From: Phaeosaccion multiseriatum
Lineage: Eukaryota; Protista; Ochrophyta, other classes
Direction: 5' to 3'
Assembly (NCBI GenBank): GCA_965112735.1
Contig: OZ218952.1
Span: forward strand, 5,146,001-5,210,000
Length of the DNA: 64,000 nt
Each line of letters begins with the position of its first letter. The first letter of the stretch is position 1. The position numbers and the translations under genes are program-made. The notes below the pieces were generated by a model that was given only the letters and a program-made list of their open reading frames with translations, was not told the DNA's origin and did not search any database. Shown here piece after piece: positions 36,501 through 44,251 of this stretch.

Positions 36501-39500
36501 GTGCGTGTCCCCCCCCAGCGTCTCCCTGTAGAGGGTCGACACACTGACTACATTGTCCCCCTCTCCTTGTTGCTCCTTGCTTGGTCCTCGCAGCTGCCCT
36601 GACGCAGACAACCCCAAGCAAGAGGATGCCGATGGAGACGGAGTTGGAGACGCTTGTGACAAGTAAGGAGCGAGTTTACGTGAATGTGCCCCCCCCAGCG
36701 TCTCCCTGTAGGGAGGGTCGACACACTGAATACATTGTCCCCCTCTCCTTGTTGCTCCTTGCTTGATCCTCGCAGCTGCCCTGACGCAGACAACCCCAAG
36801 CAAGAGGATGCCGATGAAGACGGAGTTGGAGACGCTTGTGACAAGTAAGGAGCGAGTTTGCGTGAATGTGCCCCCCCCCAGCGTCTCTCTGTCATGGCAT
36901 CGTCGCCCCCTGCCTGTCATGTTTTCCCGTGCGTGCGGGTTTGTGACTTGGCCGGCTCCCTCCTGTGTGTGGCCAAGTGCCCTGCCTGGTGTCTTTCTGC
37001 TTCCGTGGAGGAGCTCGCGCTGACTACACCTCCCTTCTCTCTGGCCTCTTTGCCTCCTCTGCTCCTTCCAGCTGCCCTTTTGTGGCCAACGCGGACCAGA
37101 CTATTGTCCCTAACTGTGGTGAGCAAGGGATGTATTGCCCTGGCTGGTGATGTGTAATGCTCTACTGACTTAGGTTGCGTGGCCTCCAGCGTCTATCGCG
37201 GTTTCGCCCCTGCTCGCCCACGCACCTTGTTTGCTGGCATCTAAGCTCGCTCCCCTCTTACCTTTCTACCGTTCTCACTGCCACTGGGCGTCATGTGCCA
37301 TGGTGGTCATCACATCAGCCTTTGCTGAATTATGTTACGAGGCAGAAGGATCCATATCAGGACCCGACAGTGATACTTGCTCCGGCTGCTCCTTACCCGT
37401 CATTTGCGACGACGCTTCCAATAGAGCATGTGAGGTGCGTCCGAGCGCAGCATGTCTGCGCTACGTAGGAGGGGCTGCCCGTGTGCCCCTGCCTTGCTGC
37501 TCCTCCCCAGGCAGCTGCTGGTCTTGACCTTCCTGCTCTGCGCTTCTTCAGGCAGGCAGTGAAGAGCGGTGGAATTGAAACCTGTCTGTGAGGAGCGGCT
37601 TGCTTGTGTGTGAGTGAAGGGTGTGGGGTAGTGGCATAGCGGGCGAGAGACTCACACCTCTGTGCTTCATCTGTGCGTTCCTCCTCTGCTCGATTTCCCT
37701 ACCCCCCCACCCCCTTCCTTGCCCTGCCCTTGGCCATGCACGGGCTTCTCCGGCTCCGCTCTCTGGTCTCCCTCGTCCCCTTCCTAACACTGGCTGCTGT
37801 CCCTTGACTTCATGGCGCGTCTCACTCCTGCTTGCTGGCTGGTGGGACCCTCGCCCCCCTTCGCCCCCACCCTTGCACCGCCGGGACTGGGCAATCTCCG
37901 TCCCCCCCGCCCGTCCGTGGGTGCTGCGGACGTGGACAACGCTTCTCGTCCCTGCGGCTCTCCCAGCGTAAGACATTTAACGTAAGTCTAAGCATCAGAC
38001 CTTCACCCTTGTCACTGCTCTCTTCTGCTCTTGTGAACACAGACTTGCGTACGGTCATCGCCACTATTGATGTCTGCACCGCCCCTCGCTTCGTCTGCCT
38101 GTCGCTGGCCTGCGTTTGTCCTAAGTCCTTGACTTCTTTTCGGTACTTTGACTTGACCAGACTGATGCCCATCGAACGTCGTGGATAGCGTCATTGGAAC
38201 CCCTCCAACGTGTAATCACCTCATGCCATGACCATCCGTATTGCTTGCTGCTCTTTGCTCGCCTTGCAGAACTGCGAAGTGGAGTGCAGCGGTGACTTTG
38301 CGTGTGGGGTGAGTCGGTGACGTGAAGCCCTTTCCACTTCACCCCATGCAAAGAGCACTACTGCTGGCTGGCCACTTGCTTCTTGGATCTCGAGGGGATG
38401 ATGGGGAGACGAGTAAAATGGATTAGCCCTAACAACTCTGCCGCCCCCCCCCGAGATGTTGCTTGTACTTGCTCGATTCGTGTATGGGCTGTCCTGTTCC
38501 CTCCTGCACCCCTAGTTGCTTGCATTCTTCACTTGTTGTCGGCTAGCCTAGCTAAAGAAGGCTTCCTCATTTCTCTTACTTTCCGGTGTGGGCTGATTGG
38601 CCTTGAACTCACTCCCCCCCCTGCTCTTATATGCATCGCACCACCCCATGTGCTCTTCCCCTGCACATGGCAGTTTGCATCCTTTCGCAGCGCCCATGCC
38701 CTGTAGAATGTGCATGCTGCTTCGAAGGAGAACTTCGATTGTCTGTGCTCCCCGTGACCTCCTCTCACGTGTGGCTGCTCTTACCCCCCCCCTCCTGCTA
38801 CTTGTTGCTTCTGTCGTTGCTACCTGTACCCGTTGTACCTCCTCCCCCTCCCCCGCTCGGACTGCTGCTCTTCGGCGATGGCTCTTGGTGCGAATTGTCT
38901 CTGCCGTTTCATACCTGGGGCCCTCTCTACCCTCGCTCGTGTGGCTGTATCAGATCGTCACCTTTGAGGTACGTAGAGCTTGACTTGTTGTGAACGAAGC
39001 CTGGTGCTTGATGAACAGTGAAGCGTGGCTGGCTTGGGCGCGGGTGGTGTCGTGCGGGGCGGGTTCATTGCCAGCCCATCGCTTGGTCTGACTGTCACCA
39101 CTCGCCTGCCAGTGTGCTGTAGCTAGTACCCCGAAGTGCCTTGGCGTGGGCGTTGCTTGGGCACTGGTTCGTGACTTTCGAACACTTCATCCCTATTGCT
39201 TGCCGCTCTTTGCTCGCCTTGCAGGACTGCGACGTGCAGTGCAGCGGCAACCGAGCGTGTGCGGTGAGTCGGTGACGTGAAGCCCTTTCCACTTCACCCC
39301 ATGCAAAGAGCACTACTGCTGGCTGGCCACTTCTTGGATCTCGAGGGGATGATGGGGAGACGAGTAAAAATGGATTAGCCCTAATAACTCTGCCCGCCCC
39401 CCCCGAGATGTTGCTTGTACTTGTTCGATTCGTGTATGGGCTGTCCCGTTCCCTCCTTCACCCCTAGTTGCTTGCATTCTTCACTTGTTGTCGGCTAGTC

Positions 39501-42500
39501 TAGCTAAAGGCTTCCTCAGTTCTCATACTTTCCGGTGTGGGCTGATTGGCCTTGCTTGAACTCACTCCCCCCCTGCCGATATATATGCATCGCACCACCC
39601 CATGTGCTCTTCCCCTGCACATCGCAGTTTGCATTCTTCCTCGGCACCTCAAAGGCTACCTGTACGGGTAGTGAGTCTCGTTCGTGTAGGGTAAGTCTCT
39701 TTATCTTCGTCTGGCTATAGCTAGATGTACGCCTGCACCAACCGCGGCATCCTCCTAGCTGCTGGCGTGCTGTTATCCATCTCTCCCACCGCCTGAGATT
39801 AAACTCCTGGTGCCCTTCCTCCCTTTCTCCCGGAGGCTTCTTTGCTTCTTGTCTCAGGGGGAGGGGTTTGGGGGGAGACGAGTAGATGGAGATGCTGTAG
39901 TTGCTCGACTTGTTTTGTGGGCGCCCCGCTCCCTCCTCCTCCACACCACTAGTTGCTTACGTTCTTCATTTTTTTCCTCATTCCTCTTACATTCCGGTGT
40001 GGGCTGATTGGCCTTGCACTAACCCCCCTACCGCCCTCTGCACGCATCGCACCACCCCGCACATCGCAGAGAGCATCCTTCCTCGACGACTCAAAGGCTA
40101 CCTGCAGTGGGGAGGTTTCGTGTGATGTAAGTGTCGCTCTCATCTTCTTGCTGACTTTAAATGTACAGCAGCACCGCCGCACCCTCCTGCTGGCATCCTT
40201 TTCTGTCTGTTGCCGCATGAGACTCGTCACTGCCGGTGCCCTTCCTCCCATTCTTCCGGAGGCTTCTTTGCTTCTTGTCTCAGGGGGGGGGGTTTGGGGG
40301 GAGTGCCGAGACGAGTAGATGGAGGTGCTGTAGTTGTTCGACTTGTATGTGGGCGCCCCACTCCCTCCTCCTCCTCCACCACCACCACCACCACTAGTTG
40401 ATTACGTTCTTCACTTTTTTCCTCCGTTCCCTTACTTTCCGGTGTGGGCTGATTGGCCTTGAACTAACCCCCCTGCCGCCCTCTGCATGCATCGCACCAC
40501 CCCGTACATCGCAGATAGTATTCGTTCTCGGCGACTCAAAGGCTACCTGCGAAACTGCTCTTTCGTGCCTTGTAAGTGTCGCTCTCTTTTCTTCTTGCTG
40601 ACTTTACATGTAGAGCAGCAAGCACCGCCGCACCCTCCTGTTGGTGGCCTCCTTTTCCATATGTTGCCGCCTGAGACTCGTCACTGGTGGTGCCCTTCCT
40701 CCCCTTCTCCCAGAGGCTTCTTTGCTGTGAATTTGTGACTTGCTTCCTTATTTTCCTCATGGCAAGCCCACAACCGGCCGAGCTGCACCGCATCTCAACA
40801 CGCGTGCTGCCCCTTCTTGTTCCCATGAACAGACTTTCTTGTTTTGGCTGTTGTCTGCGCAAGCCAACGCACCTATGCTTGGACTTTTTGCACGCCTGCT
40901 GGTCCGGCCTCCGAGCGACAGAGTCTGCCTCATGAATCCTCCCCCCCGCTCATTGCCTGCCTGCGTGCTTTGCTTGCCTCTCCTCATCTGTGTTCATAAA
41001 ATGCACGGCGGCTTTGTCTCCACTTCGGTACCACCACTAGAGCGTGGTAGTTTGCCACTCACAGGAAGGAAAGGAGGAGCAGGACTGCGAGGCGGAGCTG
41101 ACGTGCAGCGATTCAAATGCTTGCGTAGTAAGTCGTTGCTTTTCAATGAAACGAAGGGGGGGGGGGGGGTGGGACGTAAACAAGTCACCTGTGAAGCTCA
41201 CTCGCCGCTCAGCGCAGCTTACCGCAACCTTTGTGCATATTTTGATCCTCACGCGAAAAGCACCTGCTACGGATGCTGGCTTAGATGAGAGCTGCATTTG
41301 CTTGCCAACATGTGGCTGGCTGGCATGGAAAGAAAGAGGGCGTGCGGGAGGCGATCGACGGCACGACCGGAGGGACACTAGAATATGGAGTCTAACTGGT
41401 GTATTTCCCACCCCCGCGACCCTCCCTCCTCTTGCCTTTTCTGGCCTCGCTGCACCCATCCGTCACCTCTGCAGAGTGTTGTGCTGTTCGGGAACTCCCG
41501 GGCCACGTGTGATGTGGCCGAGTCCTGCGAGTTAGTTACGGTGCGTGCGCGAGGAGGGGGTGAGATGTAAGGAGTCCAGTAACGGGTGTCATTTGACTTG
41601 GGGACTGTGCTATTTGTTGCGGGAAGGTGATGCCTGCATCGAGCTCCTGTCCCCACTGTTGTACTTTTGTCGAATTGCGTATTCTCAGGTTCGGACAACG
41701 ACAGGAACAGCGTGCTGCACTGGCGTCGGGTGGTAAGTCATCAAGCCCGAAGCAAAGCTCGATGCAGTGCGCGCGTGTACCCCCTCCTCGATGGCCGGCA
41801 CGGTCATCCCTTGATGGTCATTTCCTCCCTTGCTGCGCTCGCCCATACAAGCTTATGTGTGTGTGTGTGCGGTGTGCCATTGCGCGCTGTACCGTACTCC
41901 CTCGCTCGCCCGTTCAAGCAAGGAAGCTCACTTTTATTCTCTCTTTCTGGTTTGTTTCGCTGCCTCCACAACCCTCCCCCCCCCCCCTGTCTGCTCGACT
42001 CGTGCGACTCTTCGGCACGAGCGAAGCCCTACGGACGTTACCGTATGCGGTGAGGACGATCCATTCATGTACCTGCAGAGAGCGTGCTGAATAGCGCAAG
42101 GGGACCTTGGAGCAACCCATGGAAAAGTCTCGCTTGCATGGGCCCTTCCTTCTACTCCTCCTCCTTGTCTGCTGTCCCCCTTTATTATCTGCTGCTTTTC
42201 GTCCCACAGTGGATATCCTTTGAAACATCACAGGACTGACTGTATTGCCCTGGCTGGTGATGTGTAATACTCTACTGACTAAGGTTGATATATCTCTCTC
42301 TCACTCATTCCTTAATTTGGACGATGTGGTGGTGCTTGCTTTCAGACGAGGATGGCCAGATGGAAGGAGACCCGATGGTTTTCGGCTTCAAGCAGCAAAT
42401 CTTCCTCTTCAAGGGAGCCCACAACGCTTGGTACGCTGCCTTGGCGGAGAGGCACTTGCAGTTAAACTGGAGGCTGTCCGTCTTCCCCTCCTGCGAGAAC

Positions 42501-43739
42501 GGCGCTCAGCCGGTGAGTCAAGAGAAGCGGCGGTATTGGGGGGACTCGTCGTCGAATCTGAGCACTTGAGCTCCCGAGACAGTCAGCCAGTGACAGGGTG
42601 GAGAGGACTCCTTGCATGGTGCTTCGTATGAGTCCTGCCTGTGCCCTCTTGCCTTGCCTGGGGATGGTGGATGGCACCCTATACCAGTGCCACCGCTCTC
42701 GTCAGCCACCCACCCTGGTCAAGTACTGGCCGTTCCCCTTACTGCCTCACTCGCTCCTCTTTTCGCTCGGTGGCGGTCTCACGCGTGACTTGTCGGTCTC
42801 TTCTCTCTCTCTTCCATTAGCCAGACTCCTTGGCTTGCCCCCCTTTGACTCATGAACCCCTCATCACCTTCCCTTTGCAAGCACACAACCGCACGCACGC
42901 ACGCACGCACACAGACATACGCCACCGCCTTGGCCTTTACCTTCCCCCCCCCTCTGGACGGGGATGACAAGACCGCTCTCCTTGGAGGGGCGGGCACGGC
43001 TGCGTCGTCGAGAGTGCTGGTGGAGGTCATAGACGTGGAAAAGTACAACCCAGACTACATCCAGGGGGAGGAGCTCACACCCCGTGCCGAGCAAATCCTG
43101 GGCTACGGCTCTCTGAGAGTCACCATCGAGGACAAGAAAATCACCAAGCCGGGGCTCTACCACATGGCCAACGGTGGTAAAGTGATGGCCTTCAACGCGT
43201 ACGGCCCCTGTCAGGTGAAGCGCGACATCCACATGATGGAAGAGCTCAACGAGGCGGAGAGGCTCAAAGCCTCGCCTCTCAGACGCCGCCTCTCGGAGAT
43301 GGCAGTGGATGACGACCTTGCAGCGCTGCTGGCTGTGGAGTCTCGCCTGCACAGGGCCGAGGATAGGACCCTTTGTGAAGAGTGGATCGCAGACAAGCGC
43401 GTCAAGAGGAATCTCTTCACGGAGCCCGGGTCGTGGGCGAGCGTTTACATCTTCACCGACACGTACTCCTTCCAGGTGGACTACCGCCAGGAGATTGAGC
43501 GCTGCTACGCCCATGTGCTCGACGTTGGCTTCATCCACAAGCCCAATGACATCGGCGTGGAGCGCTGGAGCGGGGTCATGGGAGAGACTCAGATCCTGAA
43601 ACGCGACAGCTCTGGGCATCCCCTCGACAGGGAGAGGGACCTCATCCTGTCCTCCTCCAAGGACGAGGACTACGTCGTGGACGGGCCCTGGGGGACGGAC
43701 TTTGTGGCCCGCTTCGACAGCGCCTGGGAGGAGGAGTAG
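21554..43739 (+). CDS. Large secreted Cys-rich micro-exon protein (~793 aa): signal peptide, Cys-repeat module 1, TSP3 repeats, Cys-repeat module 2, VWD-like C-terminal domain
   Basis: 28 AG/GT-bounded exons join in phase without stops (2382 nt): 21554-21641, 28963-29072, 29602-29616, 30005-30043, 30389-30442, 30944-31012, 35144-35188, 35531-35611, 35759-35805, 36094-36116, 36390-36426, 36594-36662, 36776-36844, 37072-37118, 37319-37434, 37967-37981, 38270-38308, 38954-38968, 39225-39263, 39628-39690, 40070-40126, 40515-40571, 41065-41127, 41475-41540, 41689-41732, 42027-42049, 42346-42512, 42915-43739. Starts MELSLRRALRLMLLSVVVLGQQIGTVHG-K. Contains CPDADNPKQEDADGDGVGDACDN and GDPMVFGFKQQIFLFKG. 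Confidence 0.75.
21949..28680. repeat. Giant (TCC)n/(GGA)n trinucleotide array; uninterrupted about 22025-28242 (~2070 units) with degenerate flanks
   Basis: Directly visible in the sequence. It lies in the first coding intron of the 21554-43739 gene. Confidence 0.95.
31032..31130 (+). pseudogene. Inverted fragment of copia reverse transcriptase
   Basis: Plus strand reads QPGEDYFDTFAPVVGSSTMKMFFAITCQKEW, the copia RT motif Q.PG.DY.ETFAPV, on the strand opposite to the gag-int ORF. Confidence 0.8.
31149..34337 (-). CDS. Copia gag-pol polyprotein, 1062 aa, ending before RT
   Basis: Two CCHC knuckles (CYRCGRKGHMRTTC, CFNCHKPGHQRADC), aspartic protease LADSGSA, HHCC (YHCKKGH...CKTC), integrase D-D-E (VTLDT, SADNGSE, QNGLNEAR) and SH3-like AVYVGQS. 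Confidence 0.9.
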   Translation of the reverse strand: MPGAEEEGVEKADAAAPVSASSAIEGDAQQQMAEMMEKMIAAALAKHITQQGVPTAAAAAPVTISSVGGTVTPSGGGSTAQQLLELTFKPKNNEFDKKLESEGVMPLLRFMRAVTDHIGGMGAKAFLVDSDKIPNADDASRDSKYALTFSLYQQTGLKILEAIPSDMRDAIEERTRTARFQVDLVLLMQAIKEAVMGSTQSQRQEFLTSEMHDLRPGVGETGLAYLNKFLQLNVLMTEEQLPMSYSIIKDKFLRRMGQRWESFGQVHGHSVETEDEFNRFKQQVQRFDSDLQAQAREAGEDLERGLFHIYQQRQKTQQPAGGGRQTTTGAGEKDRSNTRCYRCGRKGHMRTTCPSKEELCFNCHKPGHQRADCPNSRKKKDGEHVEGSTSAIFSIPWTLQERGSGHSLYHMSKLKSGADGTRQGLADSGSALNVWPNLDGLYDFCAHQSLVQLADGKSHAQIMGKGKVNISYVSNDGKRGLKGLEVVVSPDVPFCIFAEKNLSDLLGGSARPAGKPVYFGPSADAPETVHTTQDPELGLDMLQFKIEEATEQWSDYMTYHCKKGHRNDQELRRQAKLEGVTLCGKRAPCKTCAEVKMTKAAQSKQFIDYPKAPLAQVTLDTIPLEGEHVLQACCPHTGMGWCRKVGGKTEAHFQSVYDDLNTTVFIPGERTAGYKVQCLSADNGSELIKTKAAKKMLYSQGIEVKLTDPNCQAQNGLNEARHKELARMSILFIEEAKLEEHSKQLRFVAYKLAQLLYNTRCRRGQQQSPYELYFKRKPDLQHLHIFGEQAKVRVGNKKHKQWHNDKTHSAVYVGQSPNHRSACLLFYIPSQKRFISSSSYTFVTNRRHDGTVFGSHVEKGKLPETAEKEDDSEDEDQPSSSGSSSRSSSGSSSRSSSRSSSGSSSRSSSRSSSSSASGGGGGGTKSGTVTWNTRLEEAQPAPQQQQTSRWEQVLTREFVEKLQLEGEGLERRQHAERQQREQTAKQQQREQQKQQVEQQEQQQQQAEQQQAEQQQEEPTQQAEPPERGKLWTYVVAKDGDKGAKEHDWGHDPSLGRTRSGKH
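34451..34636 (-). repeat. Candidate 5' LTR (186 bp) of the copia element
   Basis: Minus strand begins TGTTGTGATA and ends TATCGCAACA (9/10 terminal inverted match). No partner LTR and no convincing adjacent primer-binding site, so the inner boundary is tentative. Confidence 0.5.
36509..36888 (+). repeat. 182-bp tandem unit consisting of one intron plus one 69-nt TSP3 exon (~2.1 copies)
   Basis: Near-identical units. Exons 36594-36662 and 36776-36844 differ by one codon (GGA/GAA). Confidence 0.9.
38674..38706 (+). pseudogene. Pseudo-exon of the Cys-repeat exon family
   Basis: Acceptor context matches that of exon 39628. It reads FASFRSAHAL then TAG, and the usual GTAAGT donor is absent. Confidence 0.6.
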
Positions 43740-44251
43740 TTGCTTAGTTAGGTGGGAAGGGAGGGGTAGGAGAGTGGATGGTAGCTGGGTGCTGCTGCTG
43801 GCTGGGCCTGGAGCACGAGAGAGATCGACGCGCCTTGTGAAGGGCCTTGTGGAGGGGAGGTGGCATGCGCATAGGAGCTCAGAGGGAAGCAAGGCTTGAG
43901 GGGGTTTCTTCGATTCGGAAGACAGTAGCTAGGGTTCTGCTGCTGATGGAGCTGTGTAGAAGAGGGGCTCCGGGCCTTGCTTGGTTGCCCTTCTTGGGGG
44001 ATGTTTCTTTAGTTTGCTTGGGGAGCTTAGTAGTGCTAGCGATGGGAAAGGGGGGTGTAGCTTATGTTATGTTAGTTTAGTTGGGAGGGGGTCGGAGGGA
44101 TTTATTGACTTATAGGGAATCACCCAAGAAACAAGCCGCTCCTCTCGGGCACTCTGTAGTTGGAGGTTTAGCTTCATTAGGAGGGGGGGGGGCATTTTAA
44201 AAGGGTAGTACGTACAGTAATCAAATTGGAGAAAAGAAAAAGAAATCAGTA

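Larger units (their letters stand above)
28900..42290 (+). repeat. Tandem intragenic duplications of exon-intron blocks
   Basis: By eye: 28900-30420 resembles 37260-38700. 30450-31027 resembles 34637-35200 and 40580-41140. 34637-36200 resembles 40580-42140. 38240-38700 resembles 39190-39660. 39800-40200 resembles 40220-40690. 37130-37175 resembles 42241-42288. Confidence 0.9.

Noticed and set aside
37231-37527. PHD-finger-like reading of the Cys-rich ORF (also 28854-29165)
   Set aside because: No C4HC3 spacing or His. The Cys-rich part is an AG/GT-bounded exon of the secreted protein and the rest is intron.
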